IMG/VR virus record: IMGVR_UViG_3300005826_000023
Strand: one strand, 5' to 3'
DNA from: a virus
DNA: 44,907 bases
Shown here piece by piece: positions 25,956-35,124 of this stretch. How positions within the stretch are numbered: position 1 is the first letter of the stretch; each line of letters begins with the position of its first letter. The translations under genes and the position numbers were made by a program. The notes beneath the pieces are model-generated. The model was not told where the DNA came from and did not search any database. It worked only from the letters and a program-made list of their open reading frames with translations.

Positions 25956-26186
25956 ATGCCAAATAAATGTAGCTGTGGTGGACGTTACGTGCCCGCGTGG
26001 TACTACGTGGAGGACTGCGCCACGAAAGAACGCTTCGCTATCGCCATTTGCGACCGATGCCAGCGCACCATCCGACAGCGCAAACGGGAGAGCGCGGCGC
26101 GTAAAGCTTACGTGGCGCGACTCTTGGCGGGGCGCGAGCGCGGGGAACGCGGGGAACGCGGTGAATACGCGTCAATGAACGCGTGA
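25956..26186 (+). CDS. Small zinc-ribbon protein with an ERGERGERGE repeat, 76 aa
   Basis: AGGAG RBS. Cys pattern CSCG ... C ... CDRC. Contains a 9-bp x3 tandem repeat at 26136-26162. Confidence 0.65.
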   Translation: MPNKCSCGGRYVPAWYYVEDCATKERFAIAICDRCQRTIRQRKRESAARKAYVARLLAGRERGERGERGEYASMNA

Positions 26187-26437
26187 TGGACACCCCCGAT
26201 TACATCAACGCCAAAAACGCGTTGTTGCTGGCCGCGTTCCACGTGTCGCCCACGGTAGCCGCACAACGCGGTTTCGTAGCGGCCGTGCATCGACTCGAAG
26301 CTACCCACAGAGGTACGGCCGCGTACGCGCGAAACGCGTTAGTACTTGCGCACCTGTGCCGACTCATCGCGGCAGGAGTGACGGCTGACGACTGGCCGCA
26401 ACCGCGTGACGCGGCGCGCATGGACGACGGCCGCTAA
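26183..26437 (+). CDS. Hypothetical protein, 84 aa
   Basis: ATGA-type overlap with the upstream gene. Followed by a terminator. Confidence 0.6.
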   Translation: MMDTPDYINAKNALLLAAFHVSPTVAAQRGFVAAVHRLEATHRGTAAYARNALVLAHLCRLIAAGVTADDWPQPRDAARMDDGR

Positions 26438-26451
26438 ACCGCCAACCATTG

Positions 26452-26488
26452 GGGCGCGTGGCTGCAACGGCTACGCGCCCTTTTTTGG
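26452..26488 (+). terminator. Rho-independent terminator ending the rightward early operon
   Basis: GGGCGCGT (26452-26459) / ACGCGCCC (26473-26480) followed by TTTTTT. Confidence 0.8.
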
Positions 26489-26524
26489 CACTTGCCAATG
26501 CGAATGATTCTCATTCCGCGGCGC

Positions 26525-26817
26525 GCTCGCTTCGCTCGCTTTCAATGTGTCGCTTCGCGACGTAATATCTGCCACCTGTGGTGGCACAGCGCTTCGTGAG
26601 TACACTCGCGTAAAGCGTTCTTGTTGATTAGCTCGCTTCGCTCGCAAAGGTTGGCAGGACACGTCCTGTGTCCTGCCATTAGCGGGCTCGGCATCCTGCC
26701 TCGCAACTCGCTGTCGCGCGCGTTGTGGCACTGTGTGCCTATCTTGCCCGCCACGTTCCGTGGCTCAGCACATTGCTCTGGCTGCGCCAACCGCAATGCG
26801 TAAGGTGCGCTTCGCGC
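26525..26817. repeat. Cluster of GCTTCGC (bottom strand GCGAAGC) heptamers, including a 15-bp direct repeat
   Basis: Perfect heptamers at 26529, 26552, 26635 and 26809, and a GCTTCGT variant at 26591. GCTCGCTTCGCTCGC occurs at both 26525-26539 and 26631-26645. Confidence 0.85.
26653..26677. repeat. Perfect 10-bp inverted repeat with a 5-nt loop
   Basis: GGCAGGACAC-gtcct-GTGTCCTGCC. Confidence 0.9.
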
Positions 26818-27007
26818 GTAGTCCTGGGGGCTAAAACGCGTTGCCGGGGTGGGGTGCTTCCCCCCATTCGCTGCCGTGCCGTCCGTGTATAAATACCCCC
26901 GCGTCCAGTTTGCCGCAAAAAATAAAACGCTTGCATTCATATTGGTCCGCACCCAACTGGCGGATTTTCGTAATGCCAAATACCCCCCTGTGACTAACAT
27001 TATTAAA

Positions 27008-27035
27008 TTGCATATTTGGCAGTTTCGTGTATAGT
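27008..27035 (+). promoter_or_regulatory. Candidate promoter for the virion operon: TTGCAT-N16-TATAGT
   Basis: TTGCAT at 27008-27013 and TATAGT at 27030-27035, in an AT-rich tract 86 nt upstream of terS. Confidence 0.45.
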
Positions 27036-27120
27036 TAAAGAATAGAGCCGCGGCGGGGCGGGGGCCGCCCGATAGTTGCCAGTCACGGCCGCCCGTGCGA
27101 CAGGAAAGGAGTGTTAGGAA

Positions 27121-27732
27121 ATGAGCACCGATAGCAACAAGCAGAACGGGAAGTTGGCACTTTCGACCAACGGCGACGTGGCTTCGCGCCTTGCCAAAAT
27201 GGTGGCAATGGGTGTTTCAGTCGAGGACATCGCGCAGGCCACGATGTTGCCAGCTTCTCAAGTGGCAGATTTGGTTGAAACGCCAGATGTCCAGAAACTC
27301 GTGCAGGAGTACGCTGCCGAGAACATCGACACTTTCCAAACACTGAATCAGGCGTGGGATAATATCGAGCAGTTCGGCGCATTGCGCGTGCTAGAAGCTT
27401 TGCGCAACAATCCTGACCCTGACTTTGCTCTGCGAGCATCTATCATGGCAAACAAGGCACAGCGGCGTGGACCGCGACATAACTTCCAGGTGGCGACCCC
27501 GCGAAATGGCGAGCACGTGGTCGTACATCTGACGCAGCGATTCACCGATAGACTGCAACAGTCGTTCACCATCTCCCGTGAGGAGAAGGACCGGCCGCAG
27601 AAATCGGATGACTCAATGGCACTGACGCAGGCAGAACGTGTACTTAGCGCCCGCCCGCCTGCGGCAGACTTGGACATGCAAGATGCCGATGGGTTGCTGT
27701 CGGCATTTGACAACGCTATGTCCTACGCCTAA
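27121..27732 (+). CDS. terS: Terminase small subunit candidate, 203 aa
   Basis: AAGGAG RBS. HTH-like N-terminus VSVEDIAQATMLPASQVADLV. Immediately upstream of terL with a TAATG overlap. Confidence 0.65.
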   Translation: MSTDSNKQNGKLALSTNGDVASRLAKMVAMGVSVEDIAQATMLPASQVADLVETPDVQKLVQEYAAENIDTFQTLNQAWDNIEQFGALRVLEALRNNPDPDFALRASIMANKAQRRGPRHNFQVATPRNGEHVVVHLTQRFTDRLQQSFTISREEKDRPQKSDDSMALTQAERVLSARPPAADLDMQDADGLLSAFDNAMSYA

Positions 27733-29237
27733 TGCACGCGAACACCGCCATCTCGCAACCGGTAGCATTATCGGTTGACACTATCGTGACTGCCCTTGAG
27801 CACGATAGCGAGTTTTTCATCGAGTATTTTATGGGCGAGGAACTGACAGAGGCAGTTCCCAAATTCCATGTAGATGTATTCGACGATTTCCGCGATAAGG
27901 CGGTTCGCCGAATGGCGGAGGCGGTACCGCGTGACCACGCCAAAACAACACTAGCAAAACTGGCGTGCCCATTCCACTGGCTCTTTGTCGATGAGGTGGA
28001 ATTCATCGTCTATTTGAGCAACACCAGCACGTTGGCAATCGAAGCCTGCCGTGACGTAATGCGGTTTATGGAGTCCGATAACTTCATAGCGGCATTCGGC
28101 GGCATTAACTACGAGGTCCAACGTGTTGGTGAAGGTTTCTACATCTTCACGATAGCACGTACAGGCAAACGCTGCATCCTCCGTGCGCAAGGCATGGGCA
28201 AACAGGTGCGCGGCCTGAACATCGGACATCAACGTCCACAACTTGCCATCGTCGATGACCTCGAAGATGAGGAGACGGCAGGTGATGAAACGCAATTCTT
28301 GAAATGCAAGCGTTGGCTGTACGCTGCATTCATCAAGGCGCTCGACAAGAAGTGGAATAAAATAATCCACATCGGCAATATTCACGGCGTGCGGTCCATC
28401 CTCGACCTGCATTGCAAATCCCCCTTCTGGTACAGCCGCCGATTTGGCTGCTTGCTCTCTGATGGAACGCCGCTTTGGCCTGAAATGTGGCCAATCGAGA
28501 AGTTGCAGGCGGATTATCAGGAATATTGCAGCATGGGTTTGGCAGACGTCTGGTTTGCCGAGATGATGAACCTGCCGCTGGCTGGTGGCAGAGCGCTAAT
28601 CAAGGCGCAGGACATCCATTACCTGCCAGCAATGGTGCCTGGCGAACAGGAATACGCGTTTTTGTCTGTTGATTTGGCATCTTCGCGTAGAGAATGGGCA
28701 CACAAGACGGTGGTTGCCGTCCATGCCTGGAATGCCGAATTCAACAAGTGGCAAATCGTGGAGATTGATCACTGGGTAGGTATTGACCCTGTGCAATTGT
28801 TCCATTCGCTCGTTGCCTACAGCGAAGAGTGGAATGCCTGGGTTTGTGGAATTGAAAATTACGCGTTTCAGGACGCACTTCGGCCAATTTTCGACCACCT
28901 GGCTGCCATTTATTACCCGGATTACCCGTTGCAATTCGTCGGTATCAATCATGGCCGGCAGAATAAGAATATTCACATCTCTGGTTGGGCAGCAATGCTC
29001 AAAGACCGTCCAACTCAACCTGCCAGTTATGGCTTGACGGAAGGTGACTGGATAATCACCAAGCAGTTGCTGACTTACGACATGCAAGCAAAGGATAATG
29101 ATGACGATGTTATTGACGCTTGTGCGTATGGACCAACAATGACTGCGCGGCACATGGCGCTTATCATGTCTACCATCCGTGAAGGTAAACCGGCGCAGGA
29201 AAAAGCCCGCGGCGCCCTACAAGTTTGTGGAGTATAG
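27732..29237 (+). CDS. terL: Terminase large subunit, 501 aa
   Basis: Degenerate Walker A AVPRDHAKTT, Walker B LAIVDDLED, nuclease acidic residues FLSVDLASS and DDDVIDAC. Sits upstream of the portal gene. Confidence 0.85.
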   Translation: MHANTAISQPVALSVDTIVTALEHDSEFFIEYFMGEELTEAVPKFHVDVFDDFRDKAVRRMAEAVPRDHAKTTLAKLACPFHWLFVDEVEFIVYLSNTSTLAIEACRDVMRFMESDNFIAAFGGINYEVQRVGEGFYIFTIARTGKRCILRAQGMGKQVRGLNIGHQRPQLAIVDDLEDEETAGDETQFLKCKRWLYAAFIKALDKKWNKIIHIGNIHGVRSILDLHCKSPFWYSRRFGCLLSDGTPLWPEMWPIEKLQADYQEYCSMGLADVWFAEMMNLPLAGGRALIKAQDIHYLPAMVPGEQEYAFLSVDLASSRREWAHKTVVAVHAWNAEFNKWQIVEIDHWVGIDPVQLFHSLVAYSEEWNAWVCGIENYAFQDALRPIFDHLAAIYYPDYPLQFVGINHGRQNKNIHISGWAAMLKDRPTQPASYGLTEGDWIITKQLLTYDMQAKDNDDDVIDACAYGPTMTARHMALIMSTIREGKPAQEKARGALQVCGV

Positions 29238-29239
29238 CA

Positions 29240-31195
29240 ATGGCAACTCGTAAGAAAGGTCGGCAACCGGCCAAATCCAACCGGAAGGCAACAGGTTACC
29301 GCCTGAACGACACGTTGACGCTCACGGAAAAGCAACATACCAAACTGCTAGACCATCTTCGCGGTCTGATGGATTTGGGTGCGCCGATGCGCGATGTGCG
29401 GGCGAATCGCTACGAGTTTATCGACCGCGAGGTGTATGGCTATCTTCTGCTGAGCGAAGATGACAAGAAGCGTGAGCGCGATAATCGCCGGGGTAAGGGT
29501 CTCAAAGTGGTGGATGTGAAACTGCCAATGACCCTAGTCAAGTTGGAAGACGCCGTCGTGCAGTCGTTGCTACTTCTCGCACCCGACGAAGCCATGTACA
29601 ATGCGGTGGCGCCTCGCGAACAGCAGGATGTGGCAAAGGGTTTTGCCGCCCTGATGAACCAGCACGACGAGACATTCGGCCATTACGCGGAACTGGCAAA
29701 GTTCATCTTCAACGCGTACAAGTACAACTGGGCCGGTATTATGGCTGAGTGGCGAGAAATCAAAGGCTCGCAGATTAACAATGCCGCTGCTGGCGGTGTT
29801 GAAATTCAACATGACCAAGTGCTCTATGCGGGCAATCGGTTGGAGACTACCGACGCGTACAATACATTCTACGACCCGGCTGTAGAACCCAAAGACGTCT
29901 ATCAGGAAGGCGAGTTTGTTGCCGTAGTTGACCTGAAGCGGAGGTTTTGGCTACGCAAACAGGCGCACTATGGCAGATTGTTCAACCTCGAAAGGCTGAT
30001 GGACAACTCCGCCTTCAAGGCGCGGTATTACCGCCAACGACCAGTCATCGACCCGTATGCAGCTGCCGGTATCGAAGGTGGCACTAACTGGGTCAGCCTC
30101 TTGTCAATGTCTACGGAATCCGATATCGAAGATGTGGATGTCCACGAGCGTATTCGCATCCTCGTGTTCTTGGACCCGCGCGAATACGGGTTGGTGCCAG
30201 CCAGCGAGCCGAGTACCATGCAGGTGTGGGAGTTCCACATCGGCGATTCTGGCGTCATCATGTACGGCAAGGCACAGGATAACGCGCATGGCTATCTACC
30301 GTTGTGTATCACTACGCCAAATGATGACGGTTTCGGCTGGCAGACGAAGTCCTGGGCTGAGCATCTGATTCCGCTGAATCGGTTTGCCAGTTTCCAGATG
30401 AATGTGCACCAACGGGCGGCACGTAAATCTCTATACGGATTGCTGTTCTACGATAGCAATCTGTTCCCGTCACTTGGCAGTGATGAAGAGGATTTTGTCG
30501 CAGGCAAGATTCCGGCACGTACTACAGCGCAGGATATTGACTTTCGCAAGCGCGTCATGCAAATTACGGATGCGCCCGATACTGGCAATACCATGCGGGA
30601 TATCGGCGATATCGACAAGCTCATGGAGCAGATATTGCCAACGCAGTTGCAGCGACAGGTGGCCGACTTGGAGCGCGCAACGCAATACCAGGCTGCTGCC
30701 ACCGTCCTTGGCGGCAGTCGTCGCCCGCTGAAGTTGACGAAAATCATCAACAGCCAGGCAATAAATCCGCTTCGTTTTATGCAGATGCAGAACATTTTCC
30801 AGTATGCGTCTGCAATCGAGATTGTCGGACAGGACGGGAACATTGTGCAAGCGGACCCGACTGCGTTTCGCAATACGAAGCTAGTGTTTGCCATGAGCGA
30901 TGGTATGAAAGGATTGGACAGGCTGACGCTCATCATCACCATCAAGGAAGTGCTGAACAATATCATTCAGTCGCAGGCAGCATTGCAGGAATTCGACGTG
31001 CCGGCACTGATTGATTACTGGACCGGCCTGATTGGCGACTACACGGACTTCAAGCAGTTCCGTCACCAGACGCCATTCGACCAACTTACGCCTGAGCAAA
31101 AACAGCAAGCGTTTCTCCTGTTGCAACAAGCGCTGCAGCAGGCGCAAGAAGGCGGCGCTACCGCGTTGGCGGGTCCGGCTGGTCCGGCTGGCTGA
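29240..31195 (+). CDS. Portal protein, 651 aa
   Basis: Size and position directly after terL. ATG 29240 has GGAG 9 nt upstream; the ORF-track start at 29225 is a TTG. Confidence 0.8.
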   Translation: MATRKKGRQPAKSNRKATGYRLNDTLTLTEKQHTKLLDHLRGLMDLGAPMRDVRANRYEFIDREVYGYLLLSEDDKKRERDNRRGKGLKVVDVKLPMTLVKLEDAVVQSLLLLAPDEAMYNAVAPREQQDVAKGFAALMNQHDETFGHYAELAKFIFNAYKYNWAGIMAEWREIKGSQINNAAAGGVEIQHDQVLYAGNRLETTDAYNTFYDPAVEPKDVYQEGEFVAVVDLKRRFWLRKQAHYGRLFNLERLMDNSAFKARYYRQRPVIDPYAAAGIEGGTNWVSLLSMSTESDIEDVDVHERIRILVFLDPREYGLVPASEPSTMQVWEFHIGDSGVIMYGKAQDNAHGYLPLCITTPNDDGFGWQTKSWAEHLIPLNRFASFQMNVHQRAARKSLYGLLFYDSNLFPSLGSDEEDFVAGKIPARTTAQDIDFRKRVMQITDAPDTGNTMRDIGDIDKLMEQILPTQLQRQVADLERATQYQAAATVLGGSRRPLKLTKIINSQAINPLRFMQMQNIFQYASAIEIVGQDGNIVQADPTAFRNTKLVFAMSDGMKGLDRLTLIITIKEVLNNIIQSQAALQEFDVPALIDYWTGLIGDYTDFKQFRHQTPFDQLTPEQKQQAFLLLQQALQQAQEGGATALAGPAGPAG

Positions 31196-31476
31196 TGGAC
31201 ATTCCGAGTGTCCGTGCCGCGTGGAACGATTTGCCACCGCATATGCGGGAAGAGCTGGCACTTGTGCTGGCTTCTCCAACGCTGCATATGCTGTTAGCGC
31301 TCTACCGTAAACGCTTGGATGAAAGCGAGTTGACATTGCGTGTGCCGGAATTGCTGGATGCCGTGCACTTGCAGACCTTGGCGTTGCAAAAAATCCGGCT
31401 GAACGATGTCCGTAGCTTCGTCGAGGATTTGGCATCCCATCTTCGCGAGATAGCAAATGACCATGAGGAGTTTTAA
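31195..31476 (+). CDS. Hypothetical protein, 93 aa
   Basis: TGATG overlap with the portal stop. Confidence 0.65.
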   Translation: MDIPSVRAAWNDLPPHMREELALVLASPTLHMLLALYRKRLDESELTLRVPELLDAVHLQTLALQKIRLNDVRSFVEDLASHLREIANDHEEF

Positions 31477-31477
31477 A

Positions 31478-32215
31478 ATGTTCAAGAACTTTCTGCGGCA
31501 TCCGCTGCAAAACAAGGATGGTGACACGGGGTCTGGCAAAGCCGACAAAGATAACAAGAGTGACTTGTCGCCTTGGGCTGCGCCTGCTACAGTGACAGAG
31601 CAATCCGCGGGAAAAGGGAAAGATGACGACAGGGAGGGTGACAAAAATCGCGGAAGCTCATTGGCAGAATTTGTCAAAGGGCTTGACCTTACGGGTGGCG
31701 TCGATGTCGAGGCAATTCAGAAGGGCATGGAAGATGGCGATTTGTCGCCACTTCGAGCGGCTCTCGATACCGTGGCAGAAAAGACGTTCACGGCCGCCAT
31801 GCTGAATGCCAACCGCATCATGGAGCGCAGGTTCGAGGCGCTGAAAGAGGAAACGACGTCGACAACTCGTGCCACAATGCGGAGTGATGAAGCTCTGCGG
31901 CAGTTGCAAGCCAAGTTGCCAATTGCCAAGGACGAGCTTTTCGAGCCTGTTGCGCGTACCGTCCTTGGCGGATTTCTGCGAAAGGACGGCGCCACTGTCG
32001 AAGGCGCAATCAACAAGACGCTGCAATACTTCGACAAGATGGCGGAGACACAAGGTTGGCAGACGCGGCCACCACAGGATGACAAAAGACCGGGTGGCCG
32101 TTTGCCTTCAGTGCCGCCGGGTCGTAGTACGGATAATAAAGACGACGATGACGATGAGGCGCCTTCCTGGGCTGCCATTCTTACAGGTGGACCTGTACCC
32201 AACGATGAACCGTAA
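31478..32215 (+). CDS. Scaffolding protein candidate, 245 aa
   Basis: Charged, helical, low-complexity protein between portal and capsid genes. ATG 31478 has a GAGGAG RBS. Confidence 0.65.
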   Translation: MFKNFLRHPLQNKDGDTGSGKADKDNKSDLSPWAAPATVTEQSAGKGKDDDREGDKNRGSSLAEFVKGLDLTGGVDVEAIQKGMEDGDLSPLRAALDTVAEKTFTAAMLNANRIMERRFEALKEETTSTTRATMRSDEALRQLQAKLPIAKDELFEPVARTVLGGFLRKDGATVEGAINKTLQYFDKMAETQGWQTRPPQDDKRPGGRLPSVPPGRSTDNKDDDDDEAPSWAAILTGGPVPNDEP

Positions 32216-32231
32216 AACGAGGTAACGCGAA

Positions 32232-33407
32232 ATGGCAGTAAAAGGCGTATTCGCGTCGGACCAGAACATCCAGGCATCCCGGAAAGGTGACTTTGCCGCG
32301 GGGCTGCTTCAGGTCGTTCCAACGGGCTCGGCGCGTCTCTTGTCCCTCTCCGCCGGTATGGAGGAGAAGGATGCAATTGACACAATCACGACGTGGTTCG
32401 AGGAAAACCACTTGTCGGGTCGAAACACCATCACCAACAATGCCGGAACTGGCACCACGATGGTGTTCTCCGATGCCACTCAGGTGGAAGTCGGCCAGGT
32501 CTACATGGCCGAAGCCTCGGGTGAATACGTGTTCATCGACGCAATCACGGGCTCCAGTGCCACTGTGACGCGCGGTTTTGGTGACACTTCGCCGGGTGCG
32601 CTCGATGGCAGTGTCACGCCCGTGCCGTTGCAGCTCATCACGCAGGCAACGGAAGAAGCCTCGGCGCGTCCCGTGGCAATCGCCAACATCGGCTTTCCCC
32701 GGTTCAATTACATCCAGACGCTGCGACATGCGTGGGATGTGTCGGGTGTGGCACAGGCGGTGGAGTATCATACCGGCCCGGTGGTTGCCAAGAACAAGCG
32801 TGACGCAGCGCTGTTCCACGCAGAAGCCATCGAGCGTGCCATCATCTGGGGCAAGAAGGCCATAGGCACGCTGAACAGCCGCGTGTTCCGCACGATGGAT
32901 GGCATTCGCTATCAGCTTTCCAGCAACATCGCGTCACAGGCATCTGACACCGACTGGGATGACCTCGATACGTTCCTCCAAGCCATCTTCGAGAAGAACA
33001 TCAAGGGCAAGCCCAACGAGCGCATCGTGTTCTGTGGCAACACCGTCGTGCGAGTTCTCAACAAGATTGCGCGCCTCGATGGCATCACGAACCTGGTACC
33101 GGGGGAAACCTCGTTTGGCCTCAAGGTGACGAAGTGGGAAACGCCATTTGGCGATATCTCGCTGATGACGCATCCGCTCATGAACGAATCGCCACTCTGG
33201 ACGAAAGACATGCTCGTCATTCATCCGGGTGCGGTGCGTATGCGGTGGCTGCGGCGCACTTTTGAGGACAGTTACGACCGGGATGGCACTCGCGCAGGTG
33301 TCGATGCGGATTTTGGCGTCATGACGTCGGATTGCTGCATCGAGTACATGGCGGAAGCCACCGGCGGGTACTACAGCGGCATCGACACCGCTGCCGCGAC
33401 CGCGTAA
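32232..33407 (+). CDS. Major capsid protein, 391 aa
   Basis: Size and position after the scaffold gene. Followed by a stable hairpin. Confidence 0.85.
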   Translation: MAVKGVFASDQNIQASRKGDFAAGLLQVVPTGSARLLSLSAGMEEKDAIDTITTWFEENHLSGRNTITNNAGTGTTMVFSDATQVEVGQVYMAEASGEYVFIDAITGSSATVTRGFGDTSPGALDGSVTPVPLQLITQATEEASARPVAIANIGFPRFNYIQTLRHAWDVSGVAQAVEYHTGPVVAKNKRDAALFHAEAIERAIIWGKKAIGTLNSRVFRTMDGIRYQLSSNIASQASDTDWDDLDTFLQAIFEKNIKGKPNERIVFCGNTVVRVLNKIARLDGITNLVPGETSFGLKVTKWETPFGDISLMTHPLMNESPLWTKDMLVIHPGAVRMRWLRRTFEDSYDRDGTRAGVDADFGVMTSDCCIEYMAEATGGYYSGIDTAAATA

Positions 33408-33435
33408 CAATACTGAGGCAACGTGTAAGGTCAAC

Positions 33436-33461
33436 CGGGTGGCGCAATAGTGTGCCACCCG
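33436..33461 (+). other. Stem-loop downstream of the capsid gene with no U-tract
   Basis: CGGGTGGC (33436-33443) / GCCACCCG (33454-33461). Confidence 0.5.
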
Positions 33462-33497
33462 TGTATGAAGCAATCAGCAAACTAGGAGGATTGCAAA

Positions 33498-33740
33498 ATG
33501 GCAATCGACTTTGGGCCTTTTGGTTCTTACGTATTGGTCACGGGTGTCGTTGATGCCACGGCGCAAGCGCAGATTCAGACGTGTCTCGTGGCACTGAAGG
33601 CACTTCTGCCGGATGGCTCCGACGGTTCCAGTCCGGCCATTTCGCCGGAGTTCGACCGCATTCCGCCAATGGATGCGCGCAAGCTCCGTGACGAAATCTC
33701 GGCCATCCAGGTGACAATCGCAGCCGCGCCAACGTCGTAA
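33498..33740 (+). CDS. Hypothetical virion-module protein, 80 aa
   Basis: AGGAGG RBS. Confidence 0.65.
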   Translation: MAIDFGPFGSYVLVTGVVDATAQAQIQTCLVALKALLPDGSDGSSPAISPEFDRIPPMDARKLRDEISAIQVTIAAAPTS

Positions 33741-33795
33741 CGCGCGCTTGCGACAATGCCGAAATGGGTGGGTGGAGGGCAAATGAGGAGGAGTC

Positions 33796-34437
33796 ATGTC
33801 CGAATGTATTTATACGGCGCGACAAGCGCCAAACTTGCGCGTCAGTTTGCGCATTGACGGAGCGAAGCGGTATATCGAGTTCAAGGAGTGTCGCTTTGTC
33901 ACGGAGGATGAAGCGGTAATTGCAGAACTTGACCGTATGCTTGCCAGCCCGAAGTACGGCAGCTTGCGGCAGCTTGTTCGCAAGGTTGACAAAGAGGCAG
34001 CCGAAGCCCTCGTACGTGAGCATCGTCGCCAGAAAGGCAGGCTCAATGCCGCTGTCAAAGGTGCCACGACGACGGCCCCGCTGGACGAAGCGCGGAAGCT
34101 CATTCCGCCAAGAGAACATGTCAACAAGCTTCCAATCGACGTCAACGAGATGACGCAACCGGAAGCCGAAATGTTGCAACAGCAGTTGGCCGGTGACGAC
34201 ATTCGCCTCATGGAAGAAACGGACCTGGCAAAGTTGCGAGCGGAAACGCAGGTAGCACGCGCGGCGCAAGTGCCGGTTTCCGATGTTGACGTTGGCGAGG
34301 ATATCGTCAAGGGCGATGACTCCACGCTACTGGCGGGTATCGGTGCAGGTGACCCGCATCCCGAATTGCCGCGAGCTGATGATGTGAAACTGGCTTCTGG
34401 ACTCCGTCTCCGGTCCAAGTCGGCGGCATCCGAGTAA
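33796..34437 (+). CDS. Hypothetical virion-module protein, 213 aa
   Basis: GAGGAGG RBS. Confidence 0.7.
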   Translation: MSECIYTARQAPNLRVSLRIDGAKRYIEFKECRFVTEDEAVIAELDRMLASPKYGSLRQLVRKVDKEAAEALVREHRRQKGRLNAAVKGATTTAPLDEARKLIPPREHVNKLPIDVNEMTQPEAEMLQQQLAGDDIRLMEETDLAKLRAETQVARAAQVPVSDVDVGEDIVKGDDSTLLAGIGAGDPHPELPRADDVKLASGLRLRSKSAASE

Positions 34438-34443
34438 GCGGCA

Positions 34444-35124
34444 ATGGCAGACTGGGGGACATTCTCAGCGGCGGTTGATGAGGTAGTGGCACGCACGGGT
34501 CGCCCTGATAGGCGGGCGGCTATTGCGGGTTGGCTACGCGCGTCAATGCGAGAAATTCAGGTACGTGCGTTCTTCCACAATGATTTGGTGGAGGACCAAC
34601 TTACTGCTATCGCAGAACCGTTTATTTGGGAGTGTCCCCCAGGTTTTCGCCAACTATTCACTCCCATGTATCCGGAGTTACTCGATGACCACGGGCGACC
34701 AATATTCCCGCGATTCGCGCCACCATCCAAGATGCAACAGCGTGAATTATATTATTGGTACCGGAGTGGAGACAGCCTTGTCTTTGCTGGGATGGGCAAT
34801 GGTGGGTTGGTGGATGTCGCTTACTTCTCGTATTTCACGCCACTGGCGTATATACAAGAAGAAACGGCACGTCCGGCAACTTATGATTTGGCAACGGGTG
34901 CTTGGGCCTATCTCTCAGCAGGCACGCCCGCGGAGGAAGCGGTAGCGCGTGCGCGGGTAACTAATTGGCTTCTGTTCGATTACTTCGAGGCGTGTATTGA
35001 GGGCGCAACTGCCAAGTTGTTCAAGTCGTATAACGACGAACGCGCATCGTCGGCTTTCGCGCTGTTCCGTTCGCTTTCCAATGATGTTCTGAAGGGTGCG
35101 GCCAGTGTATCCGTGGACGGATAA
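34444..35124 (+). CDS. Head-tail adaptor or tail tubular A-like protein, 226 aa (assigned by position)
   Basis: Position between the capsid and nozzle genes. Confidence 0.55.
   Translation: MADWGTFSAAVDEVVARTGRPDRRAAIAGWLRASMREIQVRAFFHNDLVEDQLTAIAEPFIWECPPGFRQLFTPMYPELLDDHGRPIFPRFAPPSKMQQRELYYWYRSGDSLVFAGMGNGGLVDVAYFSYFTPLAYIQEETARPATYDLATGAWAYLSAGTPAEEAVARARVTNWLLFDYFEACIEGATAKLFKSYNDERASSAFALFRSLSNDVLKGAASVSVDG

Noticed and set aside
26726-26740. Sigma54-like TGGCAC elements at 26726 and within 26485-26498
   Set aside because: The spacing to the following TGC is off by one or more bases relative to TGGCAC-N5-TTGC. No enhancer-binding protein is encoded.
24365-27120. tRNA genes, CRISPR repeats or integrase/attP in the two large non-coding tracts
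   Set aside because: There is no GTTCGAATC-type T-arm or cloverleaf and no regularly spaced 25-40-bp repeats. No tyrosine or serine recombinase ORF occurs anywhere in the genome.
31172-31189. Tandem GGTCCGGCT x2 at the portal C-terminus (AGPAGPAG), and the 9-bp x3 repeat at 26136-26162, as contingency (slippage) loci
   Set aside because: Both are in-frame multiples of 3 with very low copy number. They are most simply short low-complexity peptide repeats, and a single sequence gives no evidence of length variation.
33810-34496. Long antisense ORFs: 33810..34496, 38346..38960, 40802..41581, 41281..42243, 30881..31603, 31717..32385 and 21855..22658
   Set aside because: Each lies fully opposite a better-supported gene with an RBS or overlap coupling. 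Their translations are Ser/Arg/Ala/Cys-rich and low-complexity, as expected for the reverse strand of GC-biased coding sequence.
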